Origin: Patescibacteria group bacterium
GTDB taxonomy: Bacteria > Patescibacteriota > Minisyncoccia > UBA6257 > 2-01-FULL-56-20
NCBI GenBank assembly: GCA_018971305.1
Contig: JAGXBC010000002.1
Span: 16,046-80,045, forward strand
DNA length: 64,000 bases
Direction: 5' to 3'
In this document: positions 37,798-47,025 of the stretch, one piece after another
Layout: each line of letters begins with the position of its first letter
Position numbering within the stretch: position 1 is the stretch's first letter
Translations under genes and position numbers: made by a program
The notes under the pieces: model-generated
Seen by the model: the letters and a program-made list of their open reading frames with translations, nothing else
Database searches by the model: none
What the model was told of the DNA's origin: nothing

Positions 37798-38726
37798 ATG
37801 GTTCCTTTCGCCATTTCCTTGCGGATATGTTCCACCATTTCTTTCAGGCCGTTTCTCATATCCATTTTCGGTTCCCAGCCCATTGATTTAGCCTTACTTA
37901 TGTCGGCAAGTGTTTCTTCCGCCTCGCCTTCTTTATCCGGCTTTAATTCCGGCTGGAGCTTAGTTCCGATAATTTCATCTACCAGGTCGTAAATGTCTTT
38001 GACCGAATAATTCTTGCCACTGCCGATATTGAATACTTGATTATCCACCTTGTCGCTCTCGAGGCAGAGGAGGTGGAAGGCGTTCACATCGTTCACGTGC
38101 ACAAAATCCCGTTTCTTTTGGCCGGTGCCGTAGATGGTCGCGCGCTCTCCCTTTAAAAGCTTGACCATAAAAGCGCTCATTACGGGCGGCATGGAGCGAG
38201 TGTAATCCTGTCTTGGGCCGTAGACGTTAAAATATCTCAGGCCCACGGTTTTGATATCTGAAAAGCGGCGATAGGCCTCGGCGAAGAAGTGGTCGCAGAG
38301 TTTTGATACCGCGTAGTACGATTGCGGATCAACCTCGCTTTCGTCGGTCGGCAATTTGGTTATGCCTTCGTATAACGCCGAGGTTTCGGCATAGATAAAT
38401 TTTTTGACGCCGGCGCGTTTTGCCGCTTCCAGCACATTCACGGTTCCCGTAATGTTGTTATCCGCTGCCAATACCGGATCCTCTTGGCACCATAGGATGC
38501 TTGTTAGGGCGGCTAGATGGAAAACAAACTCCGCGCCATCAAAGAGCGGATAGATATCTTTGGAGCGGACATCCATTTCGTGGAACTCAACTCCTTCGGC
38601 AACCTGGCTTCTGTGCCCGTAGGCCAGATTGTCTATACCAACAACCTTATATCCGTTTTTAAGGAGCGCGTCGGCAAGATTGCTGCCGATAAATCCCGCG
38701 ACCCCAGTGACAACTATTTTTTTCAT
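37791..38726 (-). CDS. NAD-dependent epimerase (UDP-hexose/UDP-HexNAc 4-epimerase-like SDR)
   Basis: MKKIVVTGVAGFIGSNL...YYAVSKL. The six-frame ORF extends to 38792, but the Rossmann-proximal Met at 38726 is preferred. Confidence 0.7.
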   Translation of the reverse strand: MKKIVVTGVAGFIGSNLADALLKNGYKVVGIDNLAYGHRSQVAEGVEFHEMDVRSKDIYPLFDGAEFVFHLAALTSILWCQEDPVLAADNNITGTVNVLEAAKRAGVKKFIYAETSALYEGITKLPTDESEVDPQSYYAVSKLCDHFFAEAYRRFSDIKTVGLRYFNVYGPRQDYTRSMPPVMSAFMVKLLKGERATIYGTGQKKRDFVHVNDVNAFHLLCLESDKVDNQVFNIGSGKNYSVKDIYDLVDEIIGTKLQPELKPDKEGEAEETLADISKAKSMGWEPKMDMRNGLKEMVEHIRKEMAKGTIK

Positions 38727-38833
38727 GTTTATATTGGTTGTATTTACTTCGTTCATAAAATCGGTTCGCTCGGATAAAATGCACTCACTCAAGAAAATAA
38801 ATCTCTTGACCTATTTTCTTTCGCGCCCGCACT

Positions 38834-39811
38834 TTACCTCGCTGCCGGCTTTAAAAAGTTTGATTTTTTTGCGACGTATATATTGTGGAGCAATTTCGAT
38901 GTAAGACCTATTGGTATGATAGCGATCAGAAGCCAAGTTATTCGTCCAACAATATTTCCGGCCGGATATGCCCCAATAGCTTCCAGAAGATATTTTTTTG
39001 CCTCCACTTTATCGCTTTTTACGAGGAAGGTGAACGCCGCCTTAAGTTTCATTTTGGCTATGGCCGAACGCATGTTGTAGCGTTTCCGGTCCGCGGGCGT
39101 CATTTTGGCGTTCAGTTCGTCCAATATCTTAGCGGAGGCAACTTTCACCTGTGGGCGGTTCATTCCGCCGTATATTCCGTCTCCGCGCACTCTTAATTTA
39201 ACCAATGGTTTGGGCAAAAAGCAAAAATGCGCTCCGCCGTAGCCAAGGCGCAGCCAATATTCCAGATCTTCGCAAAGCCTCTTTGATTCGTCCTGATAGC
39301 CGAATCTATCGAAAACTTCCCGCCTGAGAACCGCGGTTGAGGGGGCTATAAAATACCTTCGCAGTAAGTTAGGGAAAACTTCCGGCCCGGAATAGTATTT
39401 GAGATTTAGTTTGAAGAGATGCTCCGTATCCATTTCTTTGAAGTGGTATTCGTCCGAATAAGAAACATCGCAGTCCGGGTTGGCCTCAAAATGCGCAACG
39501 TGTTCAGCAATCTTTTCCGGCATAAAAATATCATCGGCGTCCAAGAACGCTATGTATTTTCCTTGGGAATTTCGGACGGCGGTATTCCTTGCTCCCGGCA
39601 GCCATTTATTTGTTTGATATATATATTTAAAACGCCTGTCGCCCGCGAACTGCTTAAGAACTTCTTTTGTATTGTCGGTAGAACCGTCATCGACAACCAC
39701 GACTTCTATGTTGTTATATGTCTGTGCTAGGGCGCTTTTGATCGCCTCAACGACATATTTTTCGTCGTTGTAAGAGGGAATGATTATCGAAACGAGAGGA
39801 TTTTTTTCCAT
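38834..39811 (-). CDS. Glycosyltransferase family 2
   Basis: 325 aa; VSIIIPSYNDEKYV...VVVVDDGSTDNT...FLDADD, classic GT2-A. Confidence 0.75.
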   Translation of the reverse strand: MEKNPLVSIIIPSYNDEKYVVEAIKSALAQTYNNIEVVVVDDGSTDNTKEVLKQFAGDRRFKYIYQTNKWLPGARNTAVRNSQGKYIAFLDADDIFMPEKIAEHVAHFEANPDCDVSYSDEYHFKEMDTEHLFKLNLKYYSGPEVFPNLLRRYFIAPSTAVLRREVFDRFGYQDESKRLCEDLEYWLRLGYGGAHFCFLPKPLVKLRVRGDGIYGGMNRPQVKVASAKILDELNAKMTPADRKRYNMRSAIAKMKLKAAFTFLVKSDKVEAKKYLLEAIGAYPAGNIVGRITWLLIAIIPIGLTSKLLHNIYVAKKSNFLKPAAR

Positions 39812-39939
39812 CTTCTTAATATGCGAATTATAGCGTGGTTCTAAGAAGAAAAAAAGAGTTGCAATGCAGTCGTAGTTCGCGGGGAGAAATAGGCGCCGCG
39901 GACTTTATAAAAAACGGTGCAAGTTGTAGAATTCAGGAT

Positions 39940-41001
39940 ATGCCGAGAAAGGAAATGGTTCTTATAACGGGCGGTGCTGGGTTTATCGGTTCGCACACCG
40001 CAGATGCCTTAAAGAAACGCGGATTTAGAGTGCGGATTTTGGACTCGCTCGCGCCGCCAGTGCACAATGGCAAATGGCCGAATTACGTAAGGGGAAAAGG
40101 ATTTGAGCTCATCTGCGGCGATGTGCGCAACAGGAAAGACTGGGAGAAGGCCCTGAGGGGGGTTAATTATGTTTATCATTTGGCTGCCTATCAGGATCAG
40201 CGTCCGGATTTCAGCAAATTTTTCCATACAAATACCGTGGGAACCGCCCTGCTTTATGAAGTTATAGTTGAGAAAAAGCTGCCGGTAAAAAAAATAGTGA
40301 CCGCGAGCACGCAGTTCGTCTACGGGGACGGAATGTATCGCTGCCCGCATAACGGAAGATTATTTTTTCCTGAGTTGCGTAGCGAAAGGCAATTCAAATC
40401 CAAGAAATTTGATATTCTTTGCCCGCACGGACGCCCTGCGGAATTCACGCCTTTTAAAGAAGAGCAGCAGCTGACGCCGACCAATTCATATGGGCTTTCA
40501 AAAGAGGCGATAGAAAACCTTTCTTTACGTTTCGGGAAAACATATGGGATTCCTACTACCCTACTTAGATATTCCATTGTTCAGGGTCCGCGCCAGTCGC
40601 CGCGCAACCTTTACTCCGGAGCCTTGAGAATTTTCGTAACCCAGGCCTTAGCCGAGAACCCCATCACAGTTTACGAAGATGGCAACGAGCTGCGAGATTT
40701 TGTGAACATCAAGGATGTGGTGGCTGCCAATCTCCTTGTCTTAAAAAATAAAAAAACGGATTTTCAGATCTATAACGTAGGCGGCGGCAAGGCATATCGT
40801 GTTTTGGACTTCGCCAAACTTGTTCAAAAAATGACCGGCACGACATCGATGATAAAGATAGGCGGCTTCCGCAGGACGGACACAAGGAATGCCGTATCGG
40901 ATGTTTCCAAACTGAAGAAACTTGGCTGGCGACCCAAATTTACGACCACGGACTCCGTGGCTGATTATGTCGGTTGGTACAAAGAAAATTTTCTCAAATA
41001 A
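39940..41001 (+). CDS. NAD-dependent epimerase/dehydratase-family SDR with a ~60-aa Cys/His-containing insertion
   Basis: MPRKEMVLITGGAGFIGSH...SYGLSKE (YxxxK). An insertion, YRCPHNGRLFFPELRSERQFKSKKFDILCPHGRPAEF, carries two CPH motifs. Start could be 39835, 39940 or 39955. Confidence 0.6.
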   Translation: MPRKEMVLITGGAGFIGSHTADALKKRGFRVRILDSLAPPVHNGKWPNYVRGKGFELICGDVRNRKDWEKALRGVNYVYHLAAYQDQRPDFSKFFHTNTVGTALLYEVIVEKKLPVKKIVTASTQFVYGDGMYRCPHNGRLFFPELRSERQFKSKKFDILCPHGRPAEFTPFKEEQQLTPTNSYGLSKEAIENLSLRFGKTYGIPTTLLRYSIVQGPRQSPRNLYSGALRIFVTQALAENPITVYEDGNELRDFVNIKDVVAANLLVLKNKKTDFQIYNVGGGKAYRVLDFAKLVQKMTGTTSMIKIGGFRRTDTRNAVSDVSKLKKLGWRPKFTTTDSVADYVGWYKENFLK

Positions 41002-41036
41002 TTGACTAAAACAGCCAGCCGTTTTATGCTCTTCCT

Positions 41037-42056
41037 ATGATAGTCGTGCGTGCGCCAATGCGTTTGAGTTTTGTCGGCGGTGGGACTGACCTGCCGGGTT
41101 TTTATCGCCAATATCCAGGCCGGGTTATTTCGACCACCATAGACAAATTTGTTTATATCGCCATCAACAGGACTCCGCTTATAGACAAGGTTTCCGCCCG
41201 TTATTCTTTTTCTGAGACAGTGGACCACCCCTCCAAACTTCAACATACGCGTATCAGAGCCGCGCTTACGGATATGGGAATAAATAAGGGAATAGAGATA
41301 GGCTCTTTCGCCTCTTTGCCGGCGGAAACCGGTCTTGGTTCTTCGTCTAGCTTTACTGTCGCGCTCGTTAAGGGCCTCAACACTTTTTTGGGAAAAAAAT
41401 TGGACAAGCGTGATGCGGCGGAGGCCGCTAGCCGGTTAGAGATAGACGTTTTGGGCGAGCCGATAGGCAAGCAGGACCAATATGCCGCGGCTTTCGGCGG
41501 TTTTAATGTTTTCCAGTTCAACGCCGATGGCTCGGTTGATGTCCGGCCCATGCTTTTGGATTATAAAAAGAGCTTGGGCCTCGAAGATCACTTATTGCTG
41601 TTCTTCACGGGCATAACGCGAGCGGCATCAAGCGTTTTGTCGCAACAGAAGACAAATATCAACAGTAAATTGCAGACGCTCAAAGAAATGTCCGACTCTG
41701 TTCCTGAATTTTGCAATCTGCTTTCCCGCGGAGATTTCCTGGGAATGGGGAATATGCTTCATGATGGTTGGCTGAGAAAGAAAAGTCTGACTTCAGTGGC
41801 GTCCAACCCCCTTATAGATAACCTCTATGATGCCGGAGTTTCCGCCGGAGCCTGGGGCGGCAAGGTTGCGGGAGCTGGCGGCGGCGGCTGCGTGATGTTC
41901 TTGGCGCCTACGGACAAAAAACAAGCCGTGAGGAAAGCGGTTCTCGCGATTGCCAAAGAAAGAAATCTCCTAGATTTCAAAGAAATTCCCATAAAATTCA
42001 CCCAGGCAGGAGCTGAGGTTATGTTCAATGGCGACCAGCATACCACGCTTGCCTAG
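41037..42056 (+). CDS. hddA: GHMP-family D-glycero-alpha-D-manno-heptose 7-phosphate kinase (HddA-like)
   Basis: 339 aa; VRAPMRLSFVGGGTDLPGFY matches the HddA N-terminus; GHMP motif GLGSSSS. Confidence 0.75.
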   Translation: MIVVRAPMRLSFVGGGTDLPGFYRQYPGRVISTTIDKFVYIAINRTPLIDKVSARYSFSETVDHPSKLQHTRIRAALTDMGINKGIEIGSFASLPAETGLGSSSSFTVALVKGLNTFLGKKLDKRDAAEAASRLEIDVLGEPIGKQDQYAAAFGGFNVFQFNADGSVDVRPMLLDYKKSLGLEDHLLLFFTGITRAASSVLSQQKTNINSKLQTLKEMSDSVPEFCNLLSRGDFLGMGNMLHDGWLRKKSLTSVASNPLIDNLYDAGVSAGAWGGKVAGAGGGGCVMFLAPTDKKQAVRKAVLAIAKERNLLDFKEIPIKFTQAGAEVMFNGDQHTTLA

Positions 42057-42097
42057 CAAGAAGTTTTTAATTTCCAAGTTAACAATTTCCAAACAGC

Positions 42098-42703
42098 ATG
42101 CAGGAATACATCGAAAATTTTTCCAGAAGATCAATCGAAGCGATTAAAGATCTACCGCACGAAGAAATCGCCAAAGCTTTGAATATCTTGCAGGCCGTTT
42201 ATGAGCGCGATGGCAGGGTCTATGTTTTTGGCAATGGCGGTTCTCTTGCCCTCGCTACGCACTGGGTAGCCGATTTTAATAAAACTGTTTTCGGCCACGG
42301 CGATGGATTAGAGAAGCATGGCAAAAGATTCCAAGCTATAAGAGTTCCCTCCACCGAAGAAGAGATGACCGCCTGGGCTAACGATATCGGTTACGATATG
42401 GTGTTCGCCGGGCCGCTGCAGAATTATTTACAGGACTCCGATGTTGTTATCGCTATTTCCAGTTCGGGGAACTCTCCTAACGTTATCAAGGCTGTGGAGT
42501 TGGCTAAGAAGCGCAACGTTCCCGTTATCGGCCTCACTGGTTTTGACGGAGGGAAGTTGAATGAATTAGCCGATGCCAAGATTCTGGTAAAAACAAAGAA
42601 GGGTGACTACGGCGTGGTTGAGGGCGTGCATGGAGTCGTGTTGCATCTGATGACCGAATATTTTAAGGATTATTTCGGAGATTTATTGTCCAGGAATAAA
42701 TAA
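42098..42703 (+). CDS. gmhA: Phosphoheptose isomerase (SIS) GmhA, second copy
   Basis: 201 aa; VYVFGNGGSLALATHWVADF and ISSSGNSPNV motifs. Confidence 0.8.
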   Translation: MQEYIENFSRRSIEAIKDLPHEEIAKALNILQAVYERDGRVYVFGNGGSLALATHWVADFNKTVFGHGDGLEKHGKRFQAIRVPSTEEEMTAWANDIGYDMVFAGPLQNYLQDSDVVIAISSSGNSPNVIKAVELAKKRNVPVIGLTGFDGGKLNELADAKILVKTKKGDYGVVEGVHGVVLHLMTEYFKDYFGDLLSRNK

Positions 42704-42707
42704 CGGG

Positions 42708-43271
42708 ATGAACAAAGCAGTTTTTCTAGACAGAGACGGCACTATTAACAATAATAACGACATAATAGATAAACCCAAAGAGTTGAGGATTCTGCCTGGA
42801 GTGTTATCCGCGGTCAAGAAGATCAATCATCTGGGTTTTTTGGCGGTCATAATAACCAACCAGGCTGTTATAGGGAAGGGTTCTTGGAAGAAAAAGGAGG
42901 TAGACAGAGTGCATGCTATGCTCGTCCGTAAAATGAAAAAACACGGAGCGAAAATAGATGCAATTTACTATTGTCCGCATCATCCGGAAGCCAAGCTCAA
43001 GAGATATCGCCTGGAGTGTGATTGCCGTAGGCCAAATATCGGTTTATTATTGCGAGCCATGAGACGCTTCCATATAGATCCGCGCGAAAGCTTTTCCGTC
43101 GGCGATATGACCCGCGATATTTTGGCGGGGAAAAGGGCTGGTACGAAAACTATATTGGTAAAAACGGGGTTTGCCGGCAAAGACAAAAAATATCGTGTGG
43201 AACCTGATTTTATAGCCAAGGACTTGCTAGCTGCCGTAAAAATTATAGAAAAAAATGCAAGAAAAAATTAA
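42708..43271 (+). CDS. gmhB: D,D-heptose 1,7-bisphosphate phosphatase GmhB (HAD superfamily)
   Basis: 187 aa; VFLDRDGTIN, ITNQ, and CPHHPEAKLKRYRLECDCRRPN (GmhB Cys cluster). Confidence 0.8.
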   Translation: MNKAVFLDRDGTINNNNDIIDKPKELRILPGVLSAVKKINHLGFLAVIITNQAVIGKGSWKKKEVDRVHAMLVRKMKKHGAKIDAIYYCPHHPEAKLKRYRLECDCRRPNIGLLLRAMRRFHIDPRESFSVGDMTRDILAGKRAGTKTILVKTGFAGKDKKYRVEPDFIAKDLLAAVKIIEKNARKN

Positions 43272-43995
43272 TCAGGCCATTATTCTCTCCGCAGGGCTAG
43301 GAACGCGTCTGCGGCCGATTACGGACAATATCCCGAAAGTTATGGTGCCAATTGTTGGTAAGCCGATTTTAGAGTGGCACATTGAGCAATTTAAGAAACA
43401 TGGCGTCAGTGAATTTTTTATAAATCTGCATTATCTGCCGGACGCGATAAAAAACTATTTCGGTGATGGCACCAAATGGGATGTGAAGATTAATTATTCT
43501 CTTGAATTACCGGAAATTTTGGGGACCGCCGGCGGCATCAAGCAATTTGAGCCATATCTGGCCGAGAATTTTTTTGTGATGTATGGCGATATGTTCAGCT
43601 TGGTAGATTATTCCAAGATGGCCGAGGAGTTCTTTAAAAAACCAGATGCTATAGGAATGATGATAGTCGGCCGCAACGACCATCCGTGGGATTCCGATCT
43701 GGTGGAGGTTGATGAAGACCTGAGGTTCTTAAAAATACACACAAAGCCGCACGGATACAATGAATTGCTGGAGAATATGCGCACTCTTGATGCCGGTTAT
43801 ATTTTTAATAAAAAAATCCTGAAATATATTCCGTCCGGCATTCCTTTTGACCTCGACAGGCAGCTCTTGCCGCAGATATTGGCTAAGGGCGAAAAATTTT
43901 ACGGATACGAGACGAATGATTATCTGTATGATATCGGTACGATGGAGAGGTATCTGGCAGTTGAGGAATATATTCAAAATTTAACCAAAGAATAA
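43255..43995 (+). CDS. hddC: Sugar-1-phosphate nucleotidyltransferase (HddC-like D-glycero-alpha-D-manno-heptose 1-phosphate guanylyltransferase)
   Basis: 246 aa; AIILSAGLGTRLRPITDNIPK G-loop; overlaps gmhB by 17 nt; final gene of the hddA-gmhA-gmhB-hddC operon. Confidence 0.75.
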   Translation: MQEKINQAIILSAGLGTRLRPITDNIPKVMVPIVGKPILEWHIEQFKKHGVSEFFINLHYLPDAIKNYFGDGTKWDVKINYSLELPEILGTAGGIKQFEPYLAENFFVMYGDMFSLVDYSKMAEEFFKKPDAIGMMIVGRNDHPWDSDLVEVDEDLRFLKIHTKPHGYNELLENMRTLDAGYIFNKKILKYIPSGIPFDLDRQLLPQILAKGEKFYGYETNDYLYDIGTMERYLAVEEYIQNLTKE

Positions 43996-44030
43996 AAAAG
44001 CGGACCATTTGGGGTCCGCCGCGGTTTTGT
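43994..44030. terminator. Bidirectional terminator (GCGGACC-ATTTGGG-GGTCCGC flanked by an A-run and a T-rich tract)
   Basis: 7-bp perfect stem at 44000–44019 between convergent genes. Confidence 0.5.
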
Positions 44031-44051
44031 AGTCGTGAAATCTTTGTGAAT

Positions 44052-45110
44052 TTACAGTTTCATTTCGGCGAACGCTTTTCTTATTTTCAATTCGTCGTCT
44101 GGATTCCCAAGAGCGTTGAAAAATCTTTCTACAAGTTCGAATTGTTCCATTTTGATCCAGTATCTCTGTAGTTGCTCAAACAACCAATCAACAAGATCCG
44201 TCTGGCCGGCGATGATTGCGACATTTCGGCGTTCGGAGCTATAGCTTAAAATGTCAGGATTTTCGATGATTGTAGGAATGGTACTTGTCCTTTGATTTTT
44301 TCTGTCACCGTAGTGATAGAAAATAAACTTTCCGCCCGCTTCTTCTACAAGCGGATAACCGGCGAACCAATCCCATGGGCACTGGACTGGTTGAACAAAT
44401 GCGTCTATTTTTCCGGCGGCGACGAGTGCGAGTCCCAGGGCGCACGAGCCATTGCAGTTCGTGGTTCGCACCTCCCCCGAGAATTTGTTCAAAAAGCGGC
44501 TGAATTGCCTGAGGAAGAAAATGTCCGGGCCGATGTAGACCATACTACCTTTGACGTTACATTTCCGAACCTTTGTCGGTAGCGGCGGATAACGGCCTTC
44601 TTGTACGAATACGCCCTTGCCGCGTTCGCCGAAGGCTAGTAATCCTCCTCGAACATCCGCAGCGGAAATCCCGCCACCCACGTGTACGCCTTTTTCGTCT
44701 CGTAGTCCGATTGACACGCTCCATTCGTAGAGATCACTATTGAACGTGCTTGTGCCGTCCAGCGGATCGACGCCATATATTTTATTGTCGAGAATCGGGT
44801 ATGTTAGTGACTTGTCCGTGATGATCCGGTAGCCACTGGAACTTTTCTTCCGTGGTTTTTCCTCGGTTATAAAGTATGCGTGAGGAAATTGCATGTGCAG
44901 ATTTTCGAGTATCCAATCCTGTGCGCCGACATCAGTTTTAGTCACGATTGCGTGGCTTCCGACATTGGGATCGCCCTTCTCCTCTCCTTTCTCCGTCTGG
45001 CCTTGTTTCCAATAGCCGCTTGCGGCCTTGATACTCGCTTCGTGTGCGGTTAAGATCGCTGCTCTAACCATGTGGTGGAATGTTCCCAATAAATTCTCCA
45101 AATTTCGCAT
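44052..45110 (-). CDS. Inositol monophosphatase-family (IMPase/FBPase/CysQ superfamily) sugar-phosphate phosphatase
   Basis: 352 aa; metal-binding motifs FITEEKP (EE), VDPLDGT and WDWFAG (WD..AG) in the canonical order. Confidence 0.7.
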   Translation of the reverse strand: MRNLENLLGTFHHMVRAAILTAHEASIKAASGYWKQGQTEKGEEKGDPNVGSHAIVTKTDVGAQDWILENLHMQFPHAYFITEEKPRKKSSSGYRIITDKSLTYPILDNKIYGVDPLDGTSTFNSDLYEWSVSIGLRDEKGVHVGGGISAADVRGGLLAFGERGKGVFVQEGRYPPLPTKVRKCNVKGSMVYIGPDIFFLRQFSRFLNKFSGEVRTTNCNGSCALGLALVAAGKIDAFVQPVQCPWDWFAGYPLVEEAGGKFIFYHYGDRKNQRTSTIPTIIENPDILSYSSERRNVAIIAGQTDLVDWLFEQLQRYWIKMEQFELVERFFNALGNPDDELKIRKAFAEMKL

Positions 45111-45180
45111 GTTTCACCCTTCGTCGATAGGATGTAGAGAACTGATAACAATATAAGATATTTATATCATTTTGTCAAAT

Positions 45181-45220
45181 AAAAATGCCGCACAACTTGC
45201 GTGCGGCGTAGAGTTTTTTA
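45181..45220. terminator. Rho-independent terminator (GCCGCAC-AACTTGC-GTGCGGC + T-run)
   Basis: 7-bp perfect stem at 45187–45207 followed by TTTTTT; an A-run precedes it, so it can act on both strands. Confidence 0.55.
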
Positions 45221-46099
45221 GCTCTTGAGAAACTCTAATGTTTTCTCGTGAGGCCATGGAAGTACGAATGGCGTGTCGAAATCAAGCGCGGCGAATTCGC
45301 TGCCGCCCCAGTTGTTGAGAATCGGCGTGTAGCGGACGTACCACTCGCTTTCACGATTTATGCCAAAGAAAAGGCAATAGTCGGGGTAGTTGAATTTGCG
45401 ATTAAAGAGTTCAACGACCGCGCATGTCTCGTCCAGTAGTTCTGTTCGCAGAGATTTATCTTCTAAAAGATCAGATGCTTTTACAATAGGGAAGTAATGG
45501 CTAAGCCGTCTTTTAGAGAAAATGACCACCTGCCCAGCGCGTCTTCCATATAGTGAAATAATGAAGTTTTCTGATGTGTTGAGGATGCATTTGGCTTCTT
45601 TGGTCAATATTATTACATCTCCAACCAGGTCATGCCATAATCTAGTGAAGATATTTTTCGGTTGGGTCGGCGCTTCGCAAATATGCCAGTGATGGTGCGG
45701 GAAATTTTGTCCGGCACCATATCCGATATGGGTGAATATCCACATCGGAAGCATATTGCCCCTTGTCCGCAAGATTTCATTGCGGGCGTATCTCAGAGCC
45801 GTTCTCAGTGTTTCTTTCCCGCCCAGAGACCGCAGCTTCTCCTCATCCCAGCAAACGTCAGGAATCAGGATGCGATGATAGGGAAAGGGCGTAAAGGCGT
45901 TCTGGAAAGATTTCCAGCCGGGGCCGGGAATGTATTTTGTTTCATCGTCCTTATTGCACAATCCGCATTTTCCCGGCTCAGGATATTTCATAGATACCTG
46001 CCAGGGGCGATCCGCTCTGGTGATATTTTTTACCTTATCCCTCGTACCGCCGCTCAAAGTAGAAAAGCCAGTCAAAAAAGTTTGGATTTCTCCTGCCAT
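45218..46099 (-). CDS. GalT/HIT-superfamily nucleotidyltransferase/phosphorylase-like protein
   Basis: 293 aa; N-terminal CGLC Cys pair and a histidine triad FPHHHWHI in the first half, followed by a His-less second half; this arrangement is typical of the GalT / Ap4A-phosphorylase / NDP-sugar phosphorylase branch of HIT. Confidence 0.45.
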   Translation of the reverse strand: MAGEIQTFLTGFSTLSGGTRDKVKNITRADRPWQVSMKYPEPGKCGLCNKDDETKYIPGPGWKSFQNAFTPFPYHRILIPDVCWDEEKLRSLGGKETLRTALRYARNEILRTRGNMLPMWIFTHIGYGAGQNFPHHHWHICEAPTQPKNIFTRLWHDLVGDVIILTKEAKCILNTSENFIISLYGRRAGQVVIFSKRRLSHYFPIVKASDLLEDKSLRTELLDETCAVVELFNRKFNYPDYCLFFGINRESEWYVRYTPILNNWGGSEFAALDFDTPFVLPWPHEKTLEFLKS

Positions 46100-46197
46100 T
46101 GTTCCATCCCTCCATTATTCGGATTTGTATTGCTGCCAGCATTGTAATTTTTATTTAATTGTTTGTCAAATCACATTTTTTTTGATATTTTGATTTA

Positions 46198-47025
46198 ATG
46201 GTGCAGCCCAAAGTCAGTATTCTGATGGCAACATGGAACCGTTCCGGCATAATCGGCAAGACTATTGAATCCGTGCGCGGGCAGAGCTTCCAAGATTGGG
46301 AATTGATAATTTCCGATGACGGCTCAACCGACAATACGCCGCAAGTCGTTGCCGAGTGGCAAAAAAAAGAGCCACGCATTATTTATTTGCGGAGCGAAAT
46401 TAATCAGGGTATTTCCAAAAACTACAATATGGGCTTGCGCTCGGCAAAAGGAGAATACGTGGCGATAATAGACGACGACGATCCGTGGTGCGAAAAAGAA
46501 AAACTGCAAAAACAAGTTGATTTTTTGGACAAAAACAGAGATTACGCAGGTTGCGGAGCCGGCATAATAGTAGTCGATAGACAAGGAAAAGAATTGTATC
46601 GCTATTTAAAGCCCCAAACGGACGAGCAGATTCGCGGGAAAACACTTTTTTCAAATCCTATGGCCAATAGTACGACGATGTTCCGCCGAGAATTGGGCGA
46701 GAAAGTGGGCTGGTACGACGAGACCATGCCATATTCCGGCGACCGGGATTTTTGGCTAAAGATCGGCCTGAGGGGAAAACTATATAACTTTCCGGAATAT
46801 TTTTCTTATTACACTATGAGCGGTAATAATACCTCTATTGTAAATATCAGGCCGCATCTCAGGGCATCGCTTATAGTAATGCGCCGCTACAAAGAAAATT
46901 ATCCGCACTACGCCTTAGCGCTGCTTTTCAATTGGGTTCAGTACATCTATTCTTTTTTACCGGCTTTTATACGGAGCTTGGTCCATTACTCTCTGGCGAG
47001 GCTGAAGCGGCTGGTCGTAGGATAA
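46198..47025 (+). CDS. Glycosyltransferase family 2
   Basis: 275 aa; VSILMATWNRSGIIGKTIESV...IISDDGSTDNT...IIDDDD; 3' end overlaps the convergent flippase gene by 59 nt. Confidence 0.75.
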   Translation: MVQPKVSILMATWNRSGIIGKTIESVRGQSFQDWELIISDDGSTDNTPQVVAEWQKKEPRIIYLRSEINQGISKNYNMGLRSAKGEYVAIIDDDDPWCEKEKLQKQVDFLDKNRDYAGCGAGIIVVDRQGKELYRYLKPQTDEQIRGKTLFSNPMANSTTMFRRELGEKVGWYDETMPYSGDRDFWLKIGLRGKLYNFPEYFSYYTMSGNNTSIVNIRPHLRASLIVMRRYKENYPHYALALLFNWVQYIYSFLPAFIRSLVHYSLARLKRLVVG

